A DNA stretch of 64,000 nucleotides, from contig NC_043000.1 in assembly GCF_006345805.1 (NCBI RefSeq), positions 64,108,001-64,172,000 on the forward strand, in the 5' to 3' direction. The notes under the pieces were generated by a model that was not told the origin of the DNA, did not search any database, and saw nothing but the letters and a program-made list of their open reading frames with translations. The position numbers and the translations under genes were made by a program. Positions 10,851 through 23,077 of the stretch are shown here, in pieces (the stretch's first letter is position 1; each line of letters starts with the position of its first letter). This DNA is from Octopus sinensis. Lineage: Eukaryota.

Positions 10851-12075
10851 AAAGAGGGAAATTTTACAATCAGGTTCCATTTGAGATCATCATCATCATT
10901 GTTATCAATTTTTCCATGCTTGCATGGAATGAATGGTGTTTATTGAAACAGATTTTCTATTGCTGGATGCCTTTCCTCTCACCAACCCTCACCTATTTCC
11001 AAGCAAGGTAATATTTTCTCAAGATCAGAATGAACACTGCTTGTATGGCAGTGACAGCCATTTACAACTACCATTCAATGTCAAAACAAGGCGACACAAA
11101 CATGAACACACCCATACATACACATACATGCATATACAATAGGCTTCTTTCAGTTTCCATGTACCATATCCACTTACAAGGCTTTGGTCAACCTAGGGCT
11201 ATAGTAGAAGACACTTGCCCAAGGTGTCATACAATGGAACTGAATCCAGAACCATATGGTTGGGAAGCAAACTTCTTACCCTACGGCCACACCTGCACAT
11301 CATCCTTTTAAAATAACTTTTTCATAAAACAGCTTTTAATACAGACCAGAGTGTAGTTTCTTCTGAGTCATAAGGCTTATATTTCATAATGTAATATCTG
11401 AGCCTTATTCAGGTGGATTTTTGTGAATAGCACCCACCTCCCTTCCCTCATTTAAAAACTATATTATTTTGTGTTTTGGTTCCAGCAATCAGATAAGAAC
11501 AGTTATTTTTAGCTGCAACCGGGTCTTGCAGAATATAAACACTGACACGATTCAGTTTTGGTGTGTGGGTTTTTGGTAACAACTGTTCATTAAGTCAAGT
11601 CTCGTATATCTTTAAAGCATAATATGCACTTATTACCATCCATATATATTATTGAAGATAGAAAATCTGATGTGGCTGCTTGATCTATTAGGAATAGCCA
11701 AATCTCTTTCAAATGATATCCTGCCATCTTAAAAAAAAATATGATATTGACTAAAAAGTTTCTCATCATATATGTTGAATCAAGACTGACCTTAGATTAA
11801 ACAACAGCAACAATTGAAAGTGTGTGTGTGTGTATCAACAGCTATCAGATGCTTGCTTATACTAATAAGTTAGTGGACTGAGTCATATTTTACTATGAAA
11901 CTTTCTAAACATTCACTTTCATTATTGCTTAATTCTCTCTCTCTCTGACTTTATCAATTCTTTATCTTTTTTTCTCTCTATATATATCTATCTATCATCT
12001 TCCTTTCTAGTTTCTTTCTCTCTCTCTCTCTTTATCAACCCCCTTATCTTTTCTCTCTCTCTCTCTCTCTCTCAG

Positions 12076-12118
12076 ATTTAAATTTTCAAAGATGGCTAAG
12101 ATATTTTCAATATTGGTT
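12076..12118 (+). CDS. Candidate 43-nt exon of the upstream gene
   Basis: Long (CT)n tract plus CAG acceptor and GTAAGT donor. Phase 1 is compatible with 9394-9520 and reads DLNFQRWLRYFQYW. Another frame (FKFSKMAKIFSILV) is also open. Confidence 0.4.
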
Positions 12119-14984
12119 GTAAGTTCAAACCTTCCCTAACCATTGCATTGTGCCCCTGGAGAATGCAGGTAGCTCTGCAAATCTCTGTTTAGTTACAAAC
12201 TTCAACTGTAATATTATGGTTAAACAGAGCATGGTAGATTGGCAGAATCAGTGGAGAACTGGACAAAATACCTTGTGGTATTTTAAATGTGTTCCTTTAC
12301 ATTCTGATTTCAAATTTCACTGAGGTTGTCCTTGTCTTTTGTCCTCCTGTGGTCAGTAAATTAAGTACCAGTAAAATAGACTGCTTCCTGCTCCATATAT
12401 ATAAACCAAATTTGAGTTAGAATTCATAATATTGTTGAGTTGTTGAAAGGGCATCCAGCTTTTGGAAACATTTGTGAGAAACTACATCCAAATACCTGAT
12501 ACTAAATTTCTGTTTGTGCTAAAACAGCACAAATCTCTGCAGCTATAAGGTCATATAGTGCTGATCGAAATGTCAGATTAAAACTGAAACTGGTTATGGG
12601 TTTGAAAGATATAAAGTCATGGAATTCCATAATTAATTAGTTGATTTTTTTACACTATCTTTATCTGATCTGATCAAAGGTTTATTTTATACTGGGGAAA
12701 AAAATCATCCAGGTATTACATTGAATTAGTTCACTTCAATTTTTTAACAAAACTATCTGTATAATACCAGTATTTTTTTTTCAGTTTTATTATATTGTAG
12801 AAGTTTTATTTGAATAGTTAGTTAATTCTCTCTTCACATTCGTGTCAATGTTGACTATTTGATTTCAAGTCAATGAAAGCTAGAAACTATCTTTTATTTT
12901 TTTCTATCCATGTTACCAAAAGCAGTTTTGCTTTTATTGTCACTTGCAGAATTTTGAAATTGGCATCAAGATTGCTTTATATCAATATACTTGGTGATAT
13001 TCACCCTATCCTATTTTTATTTAGTAAAACATCAAACCAATGAGAGAGTCTATATATGATTGCTTGATCTGTTGTAGCATCTCCTTCTAATCATAACATC
13101 AGCTTAGGAAAGGAAGAACACATTGGATGGTCATGGTCTAAATACATTTCATCACAGGTCTTCTCAAGAACCAAGATTGACCTGGAGCTAAGCAACAGTG
13201 TAATTAAAATGCACATGGTTCTTTCAAGTTTGTGACAGAGCTTCTATGGAGTTTGTCTGCTTGGTGTGGCAGTCATATCTACCAGTTTTGAAAAAGAAGA
13301 CCATGTGCATCAAGATATAAATCTTCAGATACAATACTCATTATTGGAACGCTGATTAAATCAACATACCACACATACATTCTCTGAATGTTTGCTATAT
13401 CCTTACCAAAGGCCTCCTTAAGTAGCAGCAGCAAGAGACAGCAATTTATAAATTGAAAATTTCTCTTAATATGTTTAAACATACAACATGAAACATTGAA
13501 TGTTTGAAGAATGTTATGATTACTTTATATTTTTTCATTTTACTCAAAGGTAGGAGGGTCAAGTCCTTAATATTTTCATGGCCTCCTAAATTAGTGAGTT
13601 CATAATTGATGAATTTCCATTAGTTGATGCTAGTTAGTAGTTGTTTACTGTTGGAATTATTTATTACCTTGAAGAGAAGGCCTTGCCTTTGAGATGTTGT
13701 TTCAGATTATAGATATATATCTGCAGGCATGGCTGAGTGGTAAGAAGTTTGCTTCCCAACCACATGGTTCCAGGTTCAATAACATTGTATGGTATCTTGG
13801 GCAAATGTCTTCCACTATAGCCCAGTCCAACCAAAGCCTTGTTAGTGGATGCAGTAGACAGCCAGAAACTGAACGAATCCTATTGTATATATATTGTGTA
13901 TGTGTGTGTTATTGTTTCTTTGCCTTAACATTGCGTAACAGTTGTGAGCAAGTGTCCCAGTAATGCAAGCAGTGGCCTTTGTTTCCATTATTCTTTAAAA
14001 ACATATTTGGTTATGGGGAAATATTAGCTTCCTTAGAAACGAGTGAGGGTAGACAACAGATAGGACATCAGGCTGTAGAAAATCTATTTTGACAAATTCC
14101 ATCCAATCATGCAAGCATGGGAAAGTGGACATCAAAATAATGATGAGGATGATGTTGACAGTTGCTATGAATGACCATCAAAGATTGTGAAGCCCATCTG
14201 TAAGTTAGTAGCCATTTTATTTGTAATGTATGTTTCTCTGATAAATATAGTGACTGTTTTTTGGTCTTTTTGAAGGGGTCTATATTGTTGTTTTCATTGA
14301 GAATGTTTTCAAAGTTTTTGTTCATGGGAGTAGAGCATACATTTGTGTGATGTGTCTACATGGATATGAATGGCTATTAAACAGTGAAAGGTAGTGTCAT
14401 TTGCTCATGTGTTTGCAGGTAAGCTGTTATTATGAAGGAGAAATATGGAGAATATAACTGATCCCTGAGTCATACCTAAGTTAATAGTGAGTTGGAAAAA
14501 GCTCTATTAATACATGTGATGGAAATAGTGTAATGAGAAACCCTTTTCTCTGCAACTCTTCTTTCTAACTCCCCCTCCCTTCACCCATGTTCACTCACTG
14601 TATTCCTTTCCCTGCCATCTTCCACTCTCCTTTTGCACTCTCATGAACTTAACTGCTCACACATCCTTTCCAATCCTCTGTACCACTCACTTGAATACCC
14701 CTCCCTGTAACTTAAAAGTATATCCGGACACATCTTCACCATCTTCACTCCTTCTTTCTCTTTCACTCTCTGTCTGTCTTTCTCTCTCTCCTCTCTTTCT
14801 CCCTTCTCTCCTCTCTCCCCTTTCTCCCTATCTCTCTCCTCTCCTTTTCCAACTAGGGTAGCCATGCATCTCTCTCTCTCTGTGCAAGACACCTGTTCCT
14901 ATCCCTCTATCATACTTTAACCTCTCATCACCAGGCACAAAGCCACCACCTCCCTCATTATTACTCCCACCTCAGTTGAGGGGG

Positions 14985-15215
14985 GTCTTGTCTTATAAGT
15001 TATGTGGTGACCTTGCTGGTGCCTCATAAAAAGCATCCAGCACAATTTGTAAAGTGGTTGGCACTAGAAAGGGCATCCAACCTTAGAAACCATGCCAAAG
15101 CAGACAATAGAGCTTGGTGCAATCCTCTGGCTTACCAGTCCTGCCAAACTGTTCAATTTATGCCACATGGAAGGCGAATGTTAAATGACAATGATGATGA
15201 TGATGATGATGATAA
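14985..15215 (+). mobile_element. SINE-like element with RTE-type 3' tail ending in (GAT)n
   Basis: GAAAGGGCATCCA...CCATGCC...GTTAAATGACAATGATGATGAT. Relatives at ~13960-14160, 29770-30005, 33120-33330, 35255-35470 and 55470-55625. Confidence 0.75.
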
Positions 15216-15534
15216 AGACTTTGATGTAAAAAATAACAACAACAGAGTATTTGCTAAAGTTCTGACAGGTCAGGGACCACTAATGTATAGTGTAAGAAAG
15301 TAGGTATCCAGTAGATCTGGTTCTACAGAAGCTTTACTGATAGCCACTGAAAAAGGAGCAAGAGATTCAGTGTGATAAAGGAGATTGAATTATGACTGTT
15401 TTCATTATATTTAAAATGTATCTTATAATGTAAATAGATCTGAAATTGGTTATGTCAGTGAATTTGCCCTTTAATATTATTTATTTTAATTACATTTTTT
15501 TTTAGCTGGGACATGTTGTGTTTCCATAAGTTCA

Positions 15535-15860
15535 AGTGGATTTAGAGCAGTGTGAAGGGGCTCACAATCATGAGGTAGTGAGTTTGATTCCCGGACTGGG
15601 CTGTGTGTTGTTCTCAAACAAGACACTTTATTTCATGTTACTTCAGTTCACTCAGCTGTAGAGATGAGTTTTGATGTCACTGGTGCCAAGCTGTATTGAC
15701 CTTTGCCTTTCCCTTGAATAACAACGGTGGCATGGAGAGGGGAGGCTGGTAAGCATGGGCAACTGCTAGTCTTCCATAGACATCCTTCCCCAGACTTGTG
15801 CCTTAGAAGAGAACTTTCTACAGCGATCCCATGGTCATTCATGACTGAAGGGGGTCTTTA
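15535..15860 (+). mobile_element. tRNA-derived SINE (third family)
   Basis: GAGTTTGATTCCC B-box and CAAGACACTTTATTTCA...CACTCAGCTGTA block. Relatives at 38983-39280 and 54267-54575. Confidence 0.8.
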
Positions 15861-16006
15861 TCTTTTAGAGCAGTGTGATACAAGCAAATCCCAAAACTCA
15901 GTTATTGGTTGATCATGAAGAGAAGAAAAAGCAAACATTCATTTTTGCTCTATCAAATTTGGATTTGACAGTGTTTAGCAATGATGTTTCAAGAATTAAA
16001 CTATTT

Positions 16007-16068
16007 GCACTACTGCTACCACCACCACCACCACCACCATCACCACCACCACCACCACCACTACTACA

Positions 16069-16099
<31 letters not shown>

Positions 16100-16122
16100 T
16101 ACTACTACTACTACTACTACTA
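16007..16122. repeat. Compound trinucleotide microsatellite (ACC)n grading into (ACT)n
   Basis: Direct reading. Explains the poly-P/H/Y/T ORFs in the track. Confidence 0.95.
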
Positions 16123-16927
16123 CATACCTAAATGATTTTGACCCTCTCTTTTATTGTTACTGTAAAAACAGTAAAAAATAGAATGCATGTAATCTGACCA
16201 TGCCTGGACTTGACAGTGATGAAAAATTATGCTTCTGCAACACTAAGTATTTCTTCTAAGAATCAATGATGAAAACATAGCATTACAAGTTCAATTTTCA
16301 ACTTAAACTTCATGAGCTTGTAGTGGTGAAACTGAAAGAAGCCTGTGGTATGTGTGAGTGTGTGTGTGTGTTTGTTACCATAACTTAGCAGTTTGACAAA
16401 AGTGACTGATAGAATTAGTACCAAGCTTAAAAAAAAAACAAAAAGTAAGTACTTATATCAATTCATTTGACTAAAAATTTTCAAGGTAGTGCCCCAGCAT
16501 AGCTGTAAGCGAATGACTAAAACAAGTAAAAAATATAAGATAAATTTTAATCTACCTCATGTCAAAGAATGTGAATTATCTAAAACTCCTTACCCCTCTC
16601 CGAAAAAATGGTCACAACAAATTCCAATAGAATTATAATCTACATCACCTGAAATGTATTTGCAGAAAATTTTGTTAAAGAATATTCATTTTCCAGGAAG
16701 TTAGGAGAAAACAAGGTTGTGTATACACACTTCTATAGTTATACAAAGAAATTTCTTATCATCATAAGTGTTAACTTTATAATTAAACAAACTCCTTTTA
16801 ACAATCGTGTTGAGAAAATTATGTGTTTATCCATGTATATACATTCATACATATTGTGACACAGACAGATAATACTGAATGTAACTGTGCATTTGTGTAA
16901 ATGCAGGTCATTATATAGAGAAAGATT

Positions 16928-17143
16928 AAGGTGGCAAGCTGGTAGAATCATTAGCATGCTGGACGAAATGCTTAGCAGTATTTCGCCTGTTGCTGTGTTC
17001 TGAGTTCAAACTCCGCCAAGGTCAACTTTACCTTTCATCCTTTCAGGGTTGATTAAATAAGTACCAGTTATGCACTGGGTTGATGTAATCAACTTAATCC
17101 CTTACCCCAAATTTCAGGCCTTGTGCCTACACTAGAAAGGATT
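16928..17143 (+). mobile_element. Meta-core SINE copy
   Basis: Same head and core as 4941-5177. Further copies at ~23488-23700, 30413-30530 and 61765-61975. Confidence 0.85.
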
Positions 17144-17254
17144 ATAGAGAGAAAGTTAGAGGAAAACAAGAGGGAGACAGGACAGATACAAAGAATGGAG
17201 ATTTATAATTTTTCTTCTAATGTTGTACATGCCACTTCATTGAAAAGATCTCTA

Positions 17255-17490
17255 TTAATCTATCTACCTACCTACATGTCTATCTATCTATATATCTATC
17301 TATCTATCTATCTATCTATCTGTCTGTCTATTTATCTGTCTGTCTATCTATCTGTCTATTTATCTATCTATATATCTATCTATCTACCTACCTGTATATC
17401 TATCTATCTGTCTATATACCTACCTGTATATCTATCTATCTGTCTGTCTACATAGCTAGCTACCTAACTACCTACCTACCTGTTTGTCTG
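17255..17490. repeat. (ATCT/GTCT/ACCT)n tetranucleotide microsatellite
   Basis: Direct reading. Explains the SIYL-repeat ORF 17123-17455. Confidence 0.95.
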
Positions 17491-19423
17491 TCTATATGAA
17501 GGCAGATGGTGTTGAAAATTTATTTATATGTATTTTGATCTGTTAAATGTTTCTTTACTTCAGTATTGTTTTACCTTTTGTTCTGTCTTTCATATAATTT
17601 CAATTAAGCAAAGTATTTCTTATTCCAGACATAAAACAACTGATCATGCACTATATAGTAAATAAATAAATGAATAAATAAATAAAATAAAAGGTTATTA
17701 ACACTACAAGTAAAAGTATATCTCTGGAGAATAAATAGATAGAAATTGTACTATGGGTCCACTTAATCTTCCCACACCCAACAGTGTTTTCATCTCATTT
17801 ATTTATCTACTAAGGCTACTTTGGATCATGCTATTTAGATTCAATGATAGTAACATAATTCTGCTTTTGGAGAACAACATGTCTTTGTCAAGTTTTACAA
17901 CTTATTAATCATAACACTCAAGTTACTTAGTATTTTTTGCTTTGATTTTTAGTAGTATATCCTCTTTTATATTTTTTCAAACTGTAATCTATAACACATA
18001 AAGCAATTTTTTTTGTATCAAATTCATTTTGTATTTTGGAGAAGATATATTTATGAAGTCTTTAAGAAGCAGGTATGCAGATGTTGTTGTCTCCCAGGTC
18101 AGCCCTCACAGAATAGACCTGTGATCAAAAACATTCCAGCAGTGGCCATCCTATCTTTTTTAGACACAAATAATCTAGTAAATAATAGCACATTCCAATG
18201 TATCTTTCTTTTCTAAGATTACAGGGTGTAACTTTGAAGGACATTGGAGTACTATTTCTAACAATTCATATTGACTCTCTTATATTCTATTACTAGGATG
18301 TCAAGTTTGATGTTGTTGCTCTTTAGCTCCAGCTCAGTCCTTATTGAGCAAATCTATGGTGAAAGCCATCACAGCCAAAATCACTCTGATGTTTGAATCT
18401 TTATGGGACTACTTGCTGACTAAAAATATAACCAAAATCTTTATCACTTCATACTCTATCATCTTCAAGAAAATGTAAAAGATATTGAATAATGTAGCCC
18501 TATATATATTATCAGTGCTGGATTTGGATTCAGTAAGAACCTAAGCTATAGAAAGCTTGGAGGTTCCTTGTTAAAAAATTACTCTAGGTCTCACAAAAAT
18601 TGCTAACATATATACTTTTTAATTATTTAATAGCACATTAATGCTTAAATAATTTTAAATATTTTCTTTCTTGGTTTCTGAAAAGCAAGATAATTAATTT
18701 TTGGAATTGTACTTGTCTGGTAAATGACTTGATTTGAGACAGTATGAGTTCTTCCTTAGCTAATACACTTCACTTACCAAGATCACTGAGATTCTTGAAA
18801 TTTTATTCTTTCAGCTGTTAGTTATCTAAAAACACATTGTATTGGTGACCCAGTTGCAGTGGTGTGTTGAAAATTTTGACACCTCAAGGAATAAATAAAA
18901 AGTAAATTTAACAGTTATTGTTTCTTCATATGGCTAGGTACACAGCTTATTGCTTTCTATGTACATAATGCAGACAGTCGTTCTTAAAATTCTGTTGATT
19001 TCAGTTTGTGTTGGATTCTCTTTAGCTGCAAAAATAATCCTTCTCCTGAACAGTTTCTTGCTCCCTTGGTATAGTCAAAAAATCAATTAAGGTGGTTCAT
19101 CATGCTTTCAATCTATGCAGAAATTAGCAAGTTTTCTGTGTTTGTATGTCTTCGGTGTAGGTTTACATATGAAGAGTCATTGTATTGTCTCCAGTTAAGG
19201 AACGCTAAACGAATATTATCTTACAAAATGGTTTGATGCAGAACTTTGTAGTAAATATGTTCTTTTCCTTAATAGTTCTATTTGGTGTATGAATGGAAGT
19301 GTGTCAGTTCACCTACAAGGTTAATATCAACATCATTTTGAATGTTCTTTAATAAAAGTTTCTATTGCTGAATTATCTAAATCAACTGGAAAAGCCCCTT
19401 TGAACAAAAGCTAACTAAGTTTT

Positions 19424-19640
19424 TTAATCCTTTAGCATTCAAAATATTCTATCTGTTGAATGTTCAAACTAGCTAAAGCCAACCTTTCACACCTATCCAA
19501 CAATGTCATTAAAGAATATATATATATATACAATCACATCATTGAAATCTCAAAGCTACAAGATAATGCATAATTAATTAAAAACAATGTGGATAAATAA
19601 GCATTACATTTGATAGGGTAAGCTGAATGCTAAAGATTAA
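19424..19640 (+). mobile_element. piggyBac-like MITE, copy 1
   Basis: TTAA|TCCTTTAGCATTC ... GAATGCTAAAGA|TTAA. Confidence 0.75.
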
Positions 19641-19694
19641 TGACAGTTTAGAGTTTTCATTTGGGTGGTTCCAGTGACATTGCTTCAAAAGACC

Positions 19695-19921
19695 TTAACC
19701 CTTTAGCATTCATATTACTCTGTCAAATGTAAAGTTTATTTATTCACATTTAAAAAAATTAATTATGCTTTATCTTGTAGTTTCAAGATTTCAGTGATGT
19801 GATTACTTATTTTTAGACTGACACTGTAGGGATGATGTGAAGGCTAGATCTGGACAGTTGGAACATAAAACAGGTAGAATATTTGGGCTAGATATGGCTG
19901 GATTAATTGCTAAAGGGTTAA
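19695..19921 (-). mobile_element. piggyBac-like MITE, copy 2 (inverted relative to copy 1)
   Basis: TTAA|CCCTTTAGCATT ... ATTGCTAAAGGG|TTAA. The interior is the reverse complement of copy 1. Confidence 0.8.
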
Positions 19922-20608
19922 AGCACTAGTATGAGTTCATCCTTAGCTAAGACGCCTCAATGACCAAGATAATTGAGATTCTTGAAATTTTGTTGTTTCA
20001 GCTGCAGATCTTGTCTCAGCAACTAAAGGATACAGGAAGTAATGCAATCTCCCATTTGTGTTACTTCCTGTTTCCTTTAGTTGAGATTTTGAACTTTTGT
20101 CATAGTAGCTAAGCCACTGGTCTATGATTGTTATGAAATTTGTTGATCCCTTTTGATTTGTGAATCATTACCTGTTGCTTTTATAAAATATTAGTCAAGT
20201 GTTGGTAACTGCTGGTTTCTTTTTGCTTCTTGATGTCCATTCTCAAATGTTTTGGTCATTACAAGCATAACAGAAAGTTTATGCTTAAAATACTAAATAT
20301 TTCAGTTTTCTTTTTCTTCTTTTGCCATCTTTTCAATAACACTGTAAAAGAAAACCTAACCCTAATCCTTAAAGTATTATTAGTAAAATTGATATATGAA
20401 AACTAACATAGGTAGTTGCCATTAGGTGTATGTTACATGTTATTCCTAATCTGCATGCACTAACAAATTAGATTTATAAAATATAGCTTTACCTGAAATG
20501 GGATACCCAGCAAAAAATTGTTACTTTTGGTTTTCCATCAAGATAATTTTACTACACCAAAGCTGTAATTCATTGGGCTTCTGTCAGCCATTTTCACTCT
20601 TTCTGCAG

Positions 20609-21613
20609 ATTGCAAGGCACTAAATTTTAGCTTGTTTACATTATACAAAAATTCGGGTCTGGGTGGTAGCAGTACCAAGCTACTCAATATGAACATTTTG
20701 CCTGTGGCTGATTGGGAGGGGTCAAAAGCTGTTTTGATCCTATGGACCTAATCAGCCAAAAATCTGGTATTTCCAGATTTTTTAAGTATTGCTGGGTCTA
20801 GGTATCCGGTGATGCTTGAGGGACGCCCCCCCCTCCCCAAGTGTTACCTGTGCCTGGAGCCAGGCCATATTAAAAAGAACTGCCCAAAGGACCAAAATAA
20901 GGTCCTGGAGGAGTTGATTAAATTACTGCTACCTGCTCTCTCATTGGAGGAAGAGAGGGAGGAAGTCAAGAGATGGAAACTTCCTTGAAAAAAGGAAAGA
21001 AACGAAAGGTGGGCAACATTGGACAAAGCAGAGGAACACCACCCTCCCGTGGCTCAAGAAAAAAAGAGGAAAAAAAAGAAAAACGGGACATTGCCGGCAG
21101 TTTGTGATACACTGCTGGCGTGTCCCAAAGTACCTTCCATGGGAATTGTGCCACCGAAGGTAGAGACTGTAGATGCCTCCCATGCTGTGGAGGAGGAGTT
21201 TGTGGTCCTCTTCTATAATGGAGGGACAATAGAAAACTTCATCAAGAAATTTAAAAGGAAAGGCCGAAGGTAGGGGATTCTGTCCTGCACGGAGGACCCT
21301 GACTGGCCTTTGCAGGTGGCTGCGGAGGTCATATGGGAGACAGATCTGTGCAGGATAATGAACTCCTTCCTGGCGGACCCTTTCAATTTTGTATTCAAGC
21401 GGCTCGACTTGACATCTTGACCAAGGTGAGAAGTCTACTCAGTCTGGAAGACTAATAATAAATTAAAGTAAGAGGCTTGGTGCCTCATTTGTATTGATTT
21501 ATTGTAATTACTGTGTTTTGACTTATGTAAGAGGTTACTGCCTCATAATGGCTTTTTTGTAAGAGGTTAATTGCTTCCTTTATGTTTTGTGATGTAAGAG
21601 GTTTGTTGCCTCA
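20609..21613 (+). mobile_element. Decayed Gag/ORF1-like retroelement with CCHC zinc knuckle and no ORF2
   Basis: The frame through 20842-20883 encodes CYLCLEPGHIKKNC (CX2CX4HX4C), preceded by PVMLEGRPP and followed by basic/acidic low-complexity sequence. It has in-frame stops and ends in repeated GTAAGAGG...GCCTC units. Confidence 0.7.
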
Positions 21614-21906
21614 AATTGTATTTATTAAGAACAATGTGCTCAGGTAAACAGCAATTGGCAGGCGTTGCTGTTGCCCTCATTATTATCATATCGTCAATCA
21701 TTTCATCTCATTATGTCCATGTCCAGCCCGTACCTTCCTTTCTTTGTAAGACCCTTGTGGCCAATTGAATGAATAAAAGAAGCTTGCTTACCAAATGCAA
21801 GGTATCAGGTGCAGTCTCTTATACTATAGCCTCAGGCCAACCAAAGCATTGTGTAGATGGAAACTGAATGAAGCCCATTATGTGTGTGTGTGTGTGTATA
21901 TGTATA

Positions 21907-22700
21907 TATCTGGCTTACTGATCTGCTATACCGACTTCAGAAAGTCAGCCAGCCACCTGATAACCTATAAATCAGGTGACTCTGTTAGCCAGATTGATTT
22001 CATTCTCACCAGGCAGTGGGATGCATGGTTGCTCTTAAATACAAAGACCCTCCCTGGTGAAAAATGTACCCCCAACCAGCATAGACCAGTTATTGGTGAC
22101 TTTAGACTCGAGGCCAGTAGGATGCCAAGAAGCAGGCTAATCTGGAAAAGAAGGACTTGGGAGCTTAAGAACCCTTCACATGGTTAGAGATTTAGGGATA
22201 TCCTTATCGAGAAATTTGATGAGAGGGAAGAGGAACTACAGACATGTAAAATAGAAGGCAACTGGGAATTCTTGCGAGACAGCTTGCTGAGCACCACAGA
22301 CCAAATCTGTGGCTGGTGCAAGGTCCCTTCCAGACGTAGGGTAACATGGTAGTGGAACAATACTGTAGACAGGGCCATTAGAGCAAAGAAACAGGCCTGG
22401 AAGACCTGAAAGAGTTGGGGTAGCAGGGAACTATCAGATAGCCAGAAGGGAAGCTAGGATACAGGTATATATAGCCAAGGGGGTAGCAGAATAGAAGTTT
22501 GCCAACGTTCAGCAATGTGAGGACCAAAGAACTGAAGTATTTCGAATTGCAAGACAGTGTGTGAGAGAAAATCGTGATATCATTGGAGAGAAATGTGTCT
22601 GCATGAATGATGGTGCACTTGCATCTAATGATTCTGCAAAGAAAGAGGCTTGGAGATGCCATTATGAAAGACTGCTGAACGTAGAGAATGAATTGGAGGA
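21907..22700 (+). mobile_element. Second RTE LINE fragment (APE endonuclease C-terminus plus linker), same family as 3003-4869
   Basis: ITYKSGDSVSQIDFILTR...QHRPVIGDFRL. 22070-22700 aligns by eye with 3003-3640. Confidence 0.92.
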
Positions 22701-22849
22701 GGTAAGTCTGGTAGTGGGTGCTTTTTACGTGCCAGGCGAGGCTGGCAAACGGCCACGATCGGATGGTGCTTTTTACGTGTCACCGGCACGGGGGCCAGGC
22801 GAGGATGGCAACGGCCACGAACGGATGGTGCTTTTTACGTGCCACCGGC

Positions 22850-22884
22850 ATATATATATATATATAATATATATATATACATAC

Positions 22885-22968
<84 letters not shown>

Positions 22969-22991
22969 CACACACACACACACATATATAT

Positions 22992-23076
<85 letters not shown>

Positions 23077-23077
23077 C
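22850..23077. repeat. Compound (TA)n/(CA)n microsatellite
   Basis: Direct reading. Confidence 0.95.

Noticed and set aside
11487-11574. Possible exon (TTCCAG ... TG|GTAACA)
   Set aside because: Open only in phase 2, which does not fit the neighbouring candidates; no recognisable product.
15875-16181. Poly-Pro / poly-His-Tyr proteins
   Set aside because: (ACC)n(ACT)n microsatellite adjoining SINEs.
17123-17455. 110-aa SIYL-repeat ORF
   Set aside because: (ATCT)n microsatellite.
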